DNA from: Phoronis australis
Taxonomy: Eukaryota; Animalia; Phoronida
Reading direction: 5' to 3'
Assembly: GCA_002633005.1 (NCBI GenBank)
Contig: NMRA01000220.1
Location: forward strand, 178,127-225,671
Length of the DNA: 47,545 nt
Positions 1-11,891 of this stretch are shown one piece after another. Position numbers and translations under genes: made by a program. Within the stretch, counting starts at the first letter, position 1; each line of letters starts with the position of its first letter. Below the pieces are notes generated by a model that ran no database searches, had not been told where the DNA came from, and worked only from the letters and a program-made list of their open reading frames with translations.

Positions 1-39
1 GGGGGGCGGGCCCCCTGGCCCCCCCTAAATCCGCCTATG
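1..39. mobile_element. Right end of a MITE of the same terminal type, cut by the window edge
   Basis: ggccccccctaaatccgcctatg resembles the 38810 terminus. Confidence 0.6.
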
Positions 40-2081
40 AAGTGAACTGAGTCAAAAGTTCAGTCACTTCAGTCTTGGATGGCCACTGATCGTCTGTCCA
101 TAACGGAATTCGACAGCAGCTAACATTAGAACCACAGCTGCCGTGGTCTAGTTGGCCAAATGTTAGAGCAAATGATCGTTGGCTCGCGTTTTGAATTGGG
201 GTTCATGGGCACTTTTACTGGAAAGGCTCTAGACTGGCGAATACGTTTCTTCGCAGCGTCCTCATGTGGTTACGAAGGCGCTGCAATTGTCTGCGTAATA
301 ACACCAAGATAGAACTCAATAGATTTTTTGATTCTCGGCTGAATTTACCTCTCACGGTTTGAATATACCTCTTCCATTTCATGAGATATTGGCACCTGCT
401 GGTCTGGCTGTCATTTAAAATTTTGTGCTGCTAGGCCAAGAATGGCATTTGCGAGACTTTGAACCAGTTCACAGTAAAAATTGTCAGTCATTTGCCCCTT
501 GGCCTACGTTTTGCTCACTCGTGGGTTTTCTTAAACCTTTACTGCTTGTAAACGGGAAATTGAAACTTAGCACACGCTTTGGATTTATAAAGCATCTAGT
601 TAGCATTCGACACCTATACAGTGTGCTTTCAAGTGAAATTTGGATGGTTGTCACTCCGAATGCATTGTCTCTTAAAGCTCAAATGGTGGATAAAACTGCT
701 GATTTGATGTATTTTGTTCGTTTTTAAGGAACGGGTTGGACTTACGGCGCGGCAGTTTTAAAAGATGGACTCACTTTGGAGTCGATTAGACTTTGTGCAA
801 CTGAAGTTTTTGGTCCAGTTGACCGTTCATATTTTGAGGTTCTGTACATCCTACGGCTAGAAAAGAAGGTTGGATCTCTCAAAAATTAGCAAAATCTGTT
901 ACGAGCCTCGGTCCCTAGGATTTCTGATGTGGTTGTCATTGCTCCTACCGGAGTTAATCGTCTCAGGACGTCGACATCAGTCATGGGGTCTTTACATTTG
1001 AACCAGGCAAGTGAATATACACATGTAGCACTAGTCAAACAGCATCTTCTGCCGCTCGCTCCAGAATACCCTTGAGTGCACTGATTACACTACAGAATGC
1101 ATTCCAATCGGACATCACCAGGAACACACGATACAGTCGCAAATCGAAAATCAACGTTTTCGCACAGCCTGTGGTGGGTAAAGACTAACCGACCAGTTTT
1201 GTGACCGCCTTCAACACTCGCCTTCACACAGGCTCTGAAGTTAGGAACACCTCTCCCTTTGTACATGGCGTGGCAACAGACGGAAACAATATTGCTGAGT
1301 TTTGCATGCTTCTGCGTCATAGTATTTGTAATGACCCAATGGAAGAATGTGTCGCATTCGACATTTGGTAACGACTTTAGCATAATGCACAACAAAAAGT
1401 GGCGCCTGTGGTACGTATGACTTGGCCTACAGTAGTCACTACCGTACCATAAAATACAAAACAACATTAAACCCTGTTTTGGTGATTCCATTTAAAACGC
1501 TTCTGTCACATGCTATTGCACGTTTGTGCTTCCTCTGACAACGGTTCTGCTGCGACACATTGTCACTGCGTCACGCAAAGTGTGTCATGTGGCTGTAGTC
1601 GCATGGGCCCATCCCGCTTGCAGATTTTGCAATTTTTGCAGGGCCGTTCAAACTTAGGCTACTTCGAGTGTTAAACTGCGTGTTGACGTGTCCTCTTTAT
1701 GCATAGGCTAACAACGCTCTGATCCATGAGCTCAGACTATCATAGCTAAACGTTATCTTTGTCTCGATTTGCACAGACCACCAGAGGCTCAAGCAGAAAT
1801 GCAAGTTGCCATTGATTCCTTCTCAGGTAAAAGTCCCATTAAGCAGACATTTTTGAAAACCATTATTTCATTTCATGTTTTGGGTGGTACCCTTCAATGT
1901 TTGGTTTTCTGATGGGTTGTGTTCTTAAATAATGATAAAACCACGTTCATGGATTGCTCCAGAGAAGAGTTAAACTGCCTTTAGACGGAACCTTTGTGTA
2001 AATTTAAAACAAAACAGTGTTGAGCTGTAGCTGGAGCAGTGGTACTAGCAGTAACAGTAGCTGTAGATGTAGATGTACTGT

Positions 2082-2200
2082 AGCAGTAGTAGCAGCAGCA
2101 TCAGCAGCAGCAGCATCAGCAGCAGCAGCATCAGCAGCAGCGTCAGCAGCAGCATCAGCAGCATCAGCAGCAGCAGCAGCAGCAGCAGCAGTAGCAGTAA
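2082..2200. repeat. Interrupted (CAG)n microsatellite
   Basis: GCA runs broken by TCA, with degenerate gtagca/gtaaca flanks. Produces poly-Ala, poly-Ser and poly-Leu ORFs in the track. Confidence 0.95.
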
Positions 2201-3582
2201 CAGTAGGTGTTGCAGTTGCGCTAGTAAAAAGATTAGGGAAAGGTTATCGAGAATAGTTACACACAAAGCAGTTGGGAATAGTATGCTCAAGTTCATATCT
2301 TTCAAAACAAACGTTCTTAAAGTAATTTATGACAGAAGATAACGTATGGGTTGAATTCTTTTAGAAACACTAAAAAAGAAGGTCATTAATCATATGAGGT
2401 AAGGCATTGCAAACTGAATCTTCTACAAATGATTTAGTAGAGCAAAGAGTGTGTAGATGTAGTTGACTAGTGTAATCTTCATGAACAGACCCACGGGTTA
2501 TTAAATTGATCGTGTTAAAAATGAAGGGAGGTAATTATGAATATATTTGTAGAAAAAATGACAATAGCAACAACATTGTTGCATCGTCTGGCATTGGTAG
2601 GGAAGTGGTGGTCTTGGACTGAAAACTGTCAATTTTGCGTTTGATGTCACTTTTTTCGGAGTCTGAGTTTCACACAGTATTCGACAGAGTGAAATAAAGA
2701 CAAGTAACAACAAATACTGCCTGGTCTGCCAGGCAATTCTCAGTTGAAACTATACATTGGCTCCACATGTTACAGGCGTGGTAAACAAAGATCCCGTTTC
2801 CAGGTTGCACTGTTTACAAGTTGAGGACGAAACGGTCAGGCAATGGAAACATTTTTGATCATGTTGAGTCAATAAGGATTAAACTCCTTTCTCAAATATT
2901 TACTATAAATTTCCTCTGAGTCAAAAAAAGCAAAGGCGCGCTGGCAACTAAAATAAGTTTCAACATCGCAGACCCCATGCATCAATTTCATAATAAATTT
3001 TTAAACAAGCGAAACCCCTTGGAGACAGCAACGCAAACTTTTTCATGTCTGCCTTTGTAATTACCTTCTGTTAACCATTTCGGTATGGAGTCAGTCAAAT
3101 TTGCTGGGGATTTGTCGGCCTTTCCCTGACCATTTGACCTAACACATATATTGACTTTTATAAGAGCTGTGCGTAAACACAATGGATTATTTCAGAAGTG
3201 TATTCGACGATGTAAAGTTCAAAATGTTTGAATAGTATGTGCAGAGCAAGGTGGTTGTTAAAAGGACGCCGAAGTAACGATTGTTAATTTGTGTGAGATT
3301 GTTTTAATTGCCGCGATAAGTACATGTAACTAAAAGAAGGGAGCGTCGAACATTTGCAGACACTCACCAAGTCAATGTGAGTGTCTTTGGATTACATGTA
3401 TGCTATCAACGTACAATTAGTGCACTTGCAACAATTCAAGTAATTTGCTCTTTAGACGTGTCAATCAAGCTGATAATTTTAGCCAATCTGGTAGCGGGAA
3501 CAACTAAGTTAGTCATCTTTTTTCTGCAAACATTAGTTGCGAGCGATTATCATTGGCCAAGCGCGACACAAGTGCTAACCAA

Positions 3583-3820
3583 GGACCCGTTCTAAGAAAA
3601 TTGACAAATCTTAAGTTTCAGTCAATTTTAAGATAGAACTTTAAGTTGTTGCCAGTCCGTTTCAAGAAAGAGATCTGCTGGTTTGACCTAAATTTTCGAC
3701 AGAGGTTTTGTCTCAATTTTAACTGTCTTAACGGATGTGGAAATTTCGGAGTTCTGAAGTTGAGGCAAATCTTGGATTTGAGTCAAAAAAGAACTCGAGT
3801 CAGTTCCTGGGAACAGGCCC
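3583..3820. mobile_element. Degenerate MITE with Harbinger-like GGGCC termini
   Basis: ggacccgttctaagaaaattgac vs reverse complement of the right end, gggcctgttcccaggaactgac. TSD not clean. Confidence 0.45.
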
Positions 3821-3950
3821 TATGTCTGTCACCAATGCAACGGTATCTTTTCTACGTGTGGCCTACATGTACATGTAACTGCTTTTGTCAGAACTATCCT
3901 ATCAAGTAACTCCGGTGTGAGCGGAGCGTTGATGCGAACTGCGAAATTAA

Positions 3951-4640
3951 AGGTGCTATTTGTAGCAAGCCACATTGTGACTTCCGGGAGGACTGTGTGT
4001 ACGAGTATAATCAGGAAAAGAAACACGTTATCAATGAAATACGGATTTAAAGAAAACACCACAACTGATACACTTAAAACAAGTGTGAACATATAGAAAA
4101 CCCTAGTAATTCCAAACATTACGCAATCGTTATTTGATAACGAAATGAACAAATGATGAAAAATGTGCCTTGTTGTATTAGGGTAACGATGACATATTAC
4201 CTTACTCATTTACACAATTTAATGAGACATAACATCTTTAAAGATCCTATGTCTCATTTAACTGTGAATATGCAAATGAAGTAGGCCTACTAGTTTCACT
4301 CTCCAAGTCTTTCGGTGTGTCGGAAACAATCCGAGAACCAGTTACCATTACAATCTCGTCAAAGTCTCGTTTTGCGAGACTATTTTTATGAAGTATAGTA
4401 TTATGTCATCGATTACCCTAATAAAACAAGGCTCATTTTTATTATTTGTTCATTGCGCTATCAAAGAGTGATTGCGTAATATGTGGAATTACTACGGTTT
4501 TCTATATGTTTACACATGTCTTTAAGTGTATCATTTGTGGTTTTATCTTGAAGGGATTTTATTTACAAAATGTTTCTTTTCCTGATTATACAAGGTGGCG
4601 CTTGCTACAAATTTAAATACTCGCGGTTTTAATAGCATCT
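3951..4640. mobile_element. Foldback MITE with about 250-bp inverted arms and TTAA-AGG (Kolobok-like) ends
   Basis: ttaa|AGGTGCTATT ... AATAGCATCT|ttat. Arms of about 3958-4205 and 4390-4612 are reverse complements (e.g. atatagaaaaccctagtaattcca / tggaattactacggttttctatat). Confidence 0.75.
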
Positions 4641-5679
4641 TTATCTGGACCGTTCATACCGTCTTCGGTAGTTAAAGAAGAACACCACCCAAAAACAACC
4701 TATTTTGTATCAATTTAGAGCGAGTAGTTTCACTCGATAACAGCAAGTACAGTTCTTTTACCTGTCAGCTGACGGCAGACGGAGGTGTTGAAATTAACCA
4801 ATGACTTCAGAAGTTCGAATGCAGTCTGTTCAGCAGTTCACAACACGCTTAGTGGTGTCAGCTTATCGTTTGAATTCATTGTTTTACAGGAATAAGTCAT
4901 CAAAATTTGATGTAAAACCCTCGAGGTATTAAACAAACGTGTTGTTTTATTTCGCTGTTACGGATTTATAGGCATTTGAACGTACCGTAGCCTACAATTT
5001 ACCAAGGTCGGTCGCGGGAGTTTGGGGTCTGTTCGGTGATAAATTTGAATTATTCTTCCGTGAACTATACAGACGGGAGAACATAGCTGTGTGTTTTAAT
5101 TTTAGACTTGCGATTTTTTTAGTTCTGAACACACAAAACGCTTGTTATGCCGACTAGAGCTCGGAACCCGATCAGGCCGGTCGCGGCCGGACTGAAAACA
5201 TCACGAACACAAACCTGCCAAAGTTGGAAACTAAACTTTCAGTCACGAAAAGACAATACTAGTGAGCCAAAAACATAATGTGCACGTGATTATTTTGGTG
5301 AATTAGCCGCAAAATGCAAATCTACTTACTAGACCGTCGGGGGCCGCGAGCCAGGTTTCCCGTCCATAGAACCGTCAGTCAAGGGCAAAAGTTGTACAGT
5401 AACAATGATTCGAATAATGCATGTGAATATTTAAATAAAGATTCCCCTAACATCTGACCATAGGATACAAAATGGAGTTATTGTTTCACAACAGCTTTTT
5501 GTCAGCAAACACTGAAGTAGCATGCGCTCACACGGCCTCGGTGACCGGTCAATTAGTTTATTGCCTCTAACGCAAATTTTATTTAATGTGGCAGACATTG
5601 CTTCAGTTTTATCTAAGCATTGGTTAGGGTGACAAAAATTCATTTTGAAACAGAAAGCACAATGATAAACGTCAACGTG

Positions 5680-5929
5680 CATGGGCGCATCCAGGGGGGC
5701 TCGTCGAGCCCCCCCCAATTTGGCGAATAGGTAAAAAAGGTCCGCCTCAGCGAAACAAAAAGTCCGAGTAAATGAGACAAAAGTCCACAGGAATCCTGCG
5801 CGGATGCACAATTCGTAGGCTTGAACCTAGTGGTCCGTTTTTTTTTAGTCCTCGTTGATTTTTGTCAGTAAAAAGTCCGCATACCGAAAAATTCGAGCCC
5901 CCCTATACTTTAGGCTGGGTGCGCGCTTG
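5680..5929. mobile_element. GC-rich-ended MITE nested in the Kolobok element, 5-bp TSD
   Basis: CATGGGCGCATCCAG...CTGGGTGCGCGCTTG termini. ACGTG directly repeated at 5675-5679 and 5930-5934. Confidence 0.8.
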
Positions 5930-5931
5930 AC

Positions 5932-6360
5932 GTGGCAACTTGCAATCCCGACTTATACGAGTGCTCATATGACGAAGACTTCACAGGTCGATCGTTAGGT
6001 TTTACAGGCTATCAGTTCGAACCGCAATACACTGATCCAGAAAAAGTAGAGATGCGCCGTGAACCTGCACAGGTAACGGAACATATGGATAGTATAGAAA
6101 ACCGTTTGAATAACTTGCCATGGTGTCGGTGTACTAACTACACGCTAATGGAAAGGACTGGCGCTTGCGTTTGCTGCCACGAAATTCGGTAAGTGATAAA
6201 CCTCCTTCAGTTGGAGAAGCGCAGATGTGTCTCACGGACCGTCCTGATTTCGCACCCGCATCTGAACAGAGGTCTGCTTACGACGTTTTTTAGGGCTGGG
6301 AAAAAGAACTGGCGAAAACATCCTACACTCAGAGGACCAAACATAAGCTTGACGAACGAG
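5932..6360 (+). pseudogene. Degenerate KolX / P2X7 ballast-like gene
   Basis: GYQFEPQY..RL..WCRCTNYTLMERTGACVCCHE aligns with the 35588-35899 protein. In-frame TAA at 6190-6192, and a MITE inserted at the start region. Confidence 0.78.
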
Positions 6361-6424
6361 TCAGTCATCAAACAGGTTATATAACACGTTATGTTCTCAT
6401 GCCTTTAATTATTTGTAATATTTT

Positions 6425-6787
6425 TCATGGCCAACTACATTCTTCCATAAACGAAAACTGATCAACACCCGATCCGCGTTTCTTTGCCTCCTGCCTGCCG
6501 AACGCAAACACACTAGGAACAGCATCTGACCAATGCCTTAGTCTCATTTTCTGCCCTGGCATGACCTGTTTAGTAAGCCGGCATTCGAAATGCCGGCCGA
6601 AGACACGGAGAAGTTTCACGGCCTCATACTTGTTATTAACGGGATGCTTTTCATTCTTCACTGCCGCGAGCCTCTCCCGAAGCATTATGGGCTCTCGAGG
6701 AAATCGAGTAAACGATATACCCCACTTTCCTCGCCGCAGCTTCATCGTTCGCACAAGGGGGAACGATACACTACACCAAAGCGGCAC
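6425..6787 (-). pseudogene. Degenerate THAP domain (transposase N-terminus)
   Basis: MPLWCSV..SFTRFP..LRVFGRHFE..RL..DAVPSVF retains the FP, HF and AVP(T/S)xF boxes of THAP, but zinc ligands and the conserved Trp are mutated. Confidence 0.8.
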
Positions 6788-8368
6788 ACACTCTGCAAAA
6801 GAGCCACTGACTTCGCTGCGTCGTTTCTCACCTTCCTCACAGGTTAACGCGACACCTCTCGGCGACGTAAGATCGACTGTATACGAGATGATGTATATAT
6901 AGACCGATTAAGACGGTAAAAAAGACTAATTAAATCGGATGGCATTCTCCTTTAACGTACATCGAAGTAAACGTCATGTGACGCTGTGCCAAGTAATTGC
7001 ATGGTATTGCTGATGCATCACGTACACGCTAAAATTTTTTAAATGTGAAAATTTGGGAACATTTACATGTGGTAATTGACATAAAACTTATTTCTAATTC
7101 GATTGGTGATTATTCGAATAAGCAGCTATTAGCGTCGACAGAGTCCTTTAAATGTTGGCGAAAACAGTAGCCCCTGGCGATATCTTCGATGGGACCGTAG
7201 TTGACCGTTAGCACTGCACCTCAGCGTCGACGCTCCGCTGTTAAATCCTCTTGTTTACTGCAAAATTAACTGGTGCCGTTAACTTTGACCCAGGACTGAA
7301 GTTAACCGTTCTTACTAACCACAACTCCCCAAAACATCGACGGGTCGACTTTAAGGAAAACGTCTGAAATTGTGTAATAACTATGAGCAATTTTTGAGAA
7401 TCGAGATTACAAATAGAACACAATTCTTCACTAATTACAAACCTTTTGCGAATCTTTGAACAGTATCCTCACCCAAGCGTTTTAAAATGAAAATGTCGTG
7501 AGTTTATCTAGTGTCAAATGCATATTCATTCTTCATCTATCGTGGAAGCAATTGAAATTGGTATCGGAGTGATCCGCAAGAACGTACGTTCTTAGAGGCG
7601 GAAATTAAGTGGCACCCATATGTAGTCCTGTGCCAGACTGTAGGTGAATGGGTAACTAATCGACACCCGCAAAGTGAGCAAGTAAATGGTATTCATCAAA
7701 AGACTACTGGCTTCCACAAGGAAGGTTAAATATTACATAACCAGTTCTATTATATGATAAAATAAAATTATGAGCTATATCAATCTCTTCATTTCCTAGT
7801 GTGGCATTCATGTCATCAGACAGGCTACCAATTCAACTTCTGAATTGCCAAGGGCAAACCGCATCAAGCAAAACATAATCCATCGCTTTTACTGATCGAG
7901 TTGCTCCAAAATATTGCGGGACTTGAGAGAATATTTCCATGTATCGTGATATTGTCACCAGTTTGGGGAAAGTCCTTCAACAAAACTCACAACAAAATTT
8001 TTTGTGCAAGTCCAGTGCTACACTGCTAGAATGTGACGTCACAAACAAAATATTTTCACGCTTGTTTGACCACAAACAACCTCGCTGCGAATTTAGTACT
8101 TCCGAAAAATGTTTTGCTCATTTTAAGTGGCTATTAAGATCATGAAGAATTCTCATTATCCCTAAGATAACAAGAAAGTTGAGTAAACATGAATATCCCC
8201 AATCTGTTGATTATTGCCATGCTTCACAAAAACGACTATTAAAACAAGTACGCAACGCCCGCTTTCCTAACCACTTAGCTTAATTTATTAGAGAATGTGG
8301 CTAACGACTGTACAGCAGTGCACTACAGTTGTCTCTCCTGTTGAATTTATTTATTTCCGTGCATAAAT

Positions 8369-8488
8369 ATAGGTTATTGAATGGTTCTGGCGTTATTAAA
8401 CGTATTTTGAGGAACGAGATGATTCTTAGAAAAAACATCGAGTTCCTCATTATACATTTAATAACCCCAGAGCCATTCAGTAACCTAT
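8369..8488. repeat. Inverted repeat / hairpin with about 55-bp arms
   Basis: ataggttattgaatggttctggcgttattaaa...tttaataaccccagagccattcagtaacctat. Confidence 0.8.
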
Positions 8489-10170
8489 TTGTCCCTCACT
8501 TTTTTGTGATATAAATAACACTTGCCGTCGGGTAGAAACTTCAGTTCTTCCTTGAATATTGATGCTTTTGGAACTGCTTGAAGGACGTCATAGGTCACCA
8601 GGTCAACTCATGGCGACAAAAATACAGGAATATTTGTCGTCTGCTCGTCAAAATGGCTCATGAAGTCAATGAAAAAAATTGGCCAAGATTTAACATTGTT
8701 TTAACGGAATAACCGGACAAAAGATACTGTCCTCAGATGAAGTTTGAAGATGTGCGGGAGTTCGTGCAGTGGATAAATAAATGTTTGAAAGTTTCCTTTT
8801 TACGTCGAGTAATACTACACTCAAGTAATGCGTGTCATACATTGAGTATCCTTGCGCACAATTTCTTTATATACATTTTCAACTCTGCTTGTCGTAAGCG
8901 TGCCGTGGCTTATAGGTAACGGTAATTCTGAAACCCAAGTTGAAATGCCTCGCAAGTCAAGTTCCGAATCTCCCGCTAAATCGATGTATCACTCCATGAC
9001 ATAAGTAAAGTGGTTATTAAATGGTCATATGTCTAAAAACACAATAAGTGAGGAATAAAAGTCCAATATCACACTGTTAAAGCAAAATAAGCTGTATAGA
9101 CGTAATGGAATGTTCTCAGAAGAACACAGTCAGAGAGAAAACACTGATTTGACACTGGATGTAACTCATAACTGATGGTCCAACTAATCCGTGTGTCATT
9201 ATACTGACTTCGGTGACAAAGAAAATCACCTGGTTGACACAAATTCTTTCCTCGCCAACTCGATGTTGTCCAGAAAACTTCCAATTTTCTTTGATTCTTG
9301 AAACGTCTAAGGCCCAAAGTAATGATGATAGACACGTACTTTGTTATCTTTTTCAGCTGTCAAAAGCGACGGAAGTGAACAGGTACTACATACATGTATA
9401 TATAACTGTATCGTTTTGTTCGAGACATAATCTAAATTGAGATGTGGCAATCCGATGTACTGGTTCAAAAGTTTAGACATGAAACGTCCAATGCAAAAAA
9501 AACAACTTTCACATTCGTGAATGTTGCAATATAGTGGATTTTTCGTGGAGCCTTCACTGATTCTGCGGCTCAAAACACGGCAGACCTAGCCGGTCATTCT
9601 CAAACATAAATTGCTTTTACCACGTGAACCTAACGAGCAAGTGTGATAACTGCAATAATCAATAACAGTCGCAATAATTACTGAATTTTCCGCCTTTATT
9701 AAAACCACACAAGTAAACCGACTGTGTATTGGTATATTTTAGATTTAAAAAAAATAAGACTCATAAAATGTCTGACAGAATCGATCAATTTCATGGTCAT
9801 ATATTGTCAGCCAAATTAATCTCCCTAATCTCTTGATATTGCCACGATTGATAAATAACAGACAGCACCCCGACTCTTCTTTCAACTTAATGGCTCTTGT
9901 TGGCAATTAAGAATTAAAAGGACGTCAAATTCTGCGGCAGCGTCTAAACAGACATTTTAATACCACTAGATTACTTGTAGTCCTGGGAGAACTTGAAAAG
10001 TTTGGACCAGTTTACAAACTACTTTAATTCACAGTCCACAAAATCTGCAAAAGTTACGAAAGCTTCAGGCGGGAGAAACGCCGTCAGCAACGGAAAATTC
10101 AAAAGTCAATTGATGAAACCGGAGTAGACTTCAAGAAAGTTCTGTTACAATTAACTTAAAGAGGCAACAA

Positions 10171-10216
10171 TCGGAAATGTAATCCCATCAAACTCGGAAA
10201 TGGAATCCCATCAAAC
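10171..10216 (+). repeat. 23-bp tandem duplication
   Basis: tcggaaatg(t/g)aatcccatcaaac twice. Confidence 0.9.
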
Positions 10217-10478
10217 CAGATCAAAGTATGTTTTTCGACCTAATTTCTTGAAAATCAACGGAATATGCTCAACACCGCTCACAGTAAGGAAAATGTGCCA
10301 AATTGACCAGAGACGCTTTTAAAACTGAAAACATCCCCTTTAAATTTAAAGCATTTTTCTGCATTCTTCAAATCTAAAGTGTGACACTGTGAGTCACAAT
10401 GCAAACGCTGTGCGCTGAGCGGCTGAATGGCTGTAAGTTGCATTAGTTGTAATTCCCGTATCTCGAATGATTGCTTAA

Positions 10479-10811
10479 AAGGATACCAAACCAGGTTTAG
10501 ACGACTTTACCTAAAATTAGCTCCGTTACTTATATTTGGGTAATCTTTACTTCCACGTAATAATGAAAACATTGTTCAGGTAAAACACTCTCCTCACTGA
10601 CAAAATAGATTTGTTGAGTCGAGATACGCCGTCTCTCCCCACAGCCGTTCATTAACTCCTTCCGGAGCGTTAGTCACGTTAAACAATAGCATAGTTTATA
10701 AGAAGTTGTGGAACTTGAATTAAACTGCCAAGGAATGACGAAGGTCTAAAGAACATTTAGTTCGTTTGTATTCATATCCGTCGATGGCCAAAATCCGGGT
10801 TTAGTACCCCT
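10479..10811. mobile_element. Non-autonomous TTAA-flanked Kolobok-like element (333 bp)
   Basis: ttaa|AAGGATACCAAACC ... GGTTTTAGTACCCCT|ttaa. A related end occurs at 13384 (ttaa|agggatactaaatcaagttttggcc). Confidence 0.6.
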
Positions 10812-11154
10812 TTAAAGTGACAAGTTGTCATGTACCGAGGCGGAGATAAAAAATCGACGCGCGTCTCGTCGTCTAACCTCCAGTTTGAGGAATTACTACT
10901 TCTATAGATTTTATTTTAGGAAAATCGACAAAAGAGGTTCAAAATCATAGTTAAATGTAGCAAATTCCCCAGAAACGCCTTAAAAAGTTAAAATTGAGAC
11001 ATTTTTCAGAGTTAATTGTGACGGCTGCTCTGGCTAGCCCTTATTTGATTACCGTGTATATGCAGCTGTATGGGAAGCGATCCGCATTTTGATTCTGCTG
11101 TCACTCATATGAGCGAACACAGCCACCGAAGCAGACTTAAAATTGACAAAAATA

Positions 11155-11295
11155 GGTAAATTACGTGCGTGAATTAAATTCAATTTACGCCATAAAGAAT
11201 TAATTTACACTTTTAAAAGTTAATTCAAGGTTGATAATTAATGTACGCTATTAATAATTAATTTACGCATATAATTCACGTGCGTAACGTTCACC
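11155..11295. mobile_element. Small TA-flanked MITE
   Basis: ta|GGTAAATTACGTGCGTGAATTA ... TAATTCACGTGCGTAACGTTCACC|ta, with internal aattaatttac repeats. Confidence 0.6.
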
Positions 11296-11629
11296 TATGT
11301 GGCCAACGACACAGACTGGCGGATCGGACATCGCTCAATGGAGCTCTACGGAAGCAAGTGGCGGACTTGTTGTTTTTCCGTCATTCCACTTCATACAGGT
11401 GTATGTCCATTTGATATGTGAGCCGGGCTCAGGCCAACAGTGGTCTGAGGGTGACTACTGGAGAACAATAGTGAACGTAAACATAATCAGGGACTCGTGT
11501 ACTTGGCTAACCTAAAGCTTACAACGCTTGTTGAAATTGTTGTAGTGAGACATATATCTTTACATTGTGCGTGCTCAACAGAGATTTTCAGTAATGTATT
11601 TTGATGCAGAAAAACCTACAGATCGACTT

Positions 11630-11891
11630 TGACGTAATGCAGGTCTCGTGACATTTAGAAATTACCAGGAGATGTTATGGCCATTAAATTTTCTGAAAAG
11701 GTTTTCATACATGTAGTTCATAAATATCGCGAGACCAGTATTAGATGTATCACCCGTTTACGTCAGAGCCTATAGTGTATCTGCACCCAAACGGAGAACT
11801 GAAAATGTGTACGTCATCGAGTCACCCTGTATTTTGAGAAAAGCTAGAGCGCTGAGAATGTGACGTCAGCATACCCATATATATATATATA
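11630..11891 (+). promoter_or_regulatory. Candidate Pol II promoter: CRE/ATF cluster plus (AT)n TATA-like tract
   Basis: TGACGTAA 11630, TTACGTCA 11758, GTACGTCA 11809, perfect TGACGTCA 11861, then (AT)n at 11877-11891. Strong AG|GTGAGT donor at 12298. Confidence 0.45.

Larger units (their letters stand above)
4676..6951 (-). mobile_element. Older Kolobok-type DNA transposon, internally deleted (2276 bp)
   Basis: TTAA at 4672-4675 and 6952-6955. Imperfect TIRs (AGAAGAACACCACCCAA vs AGGAGAATGCCATCCGA, 12/17). The flanks rejoin into a repeat whose uninterrupted inverted copy is at about 29945-29990. Convergent THAP and Cys-rich remnants inside. Confidence 0.8.

Noticed and set aside
729-1826. 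Possible exons at 729-1006 and 1777-1826
   Set aside because: Plausible splice signals, but the first has stops in all three frames and neither gives a recognisable peptide.
2017-2342. Poly-Ala, poly-Ser and poly-Leu ORFs
   Set aside because: All are by-products of the CAG microsatellite.
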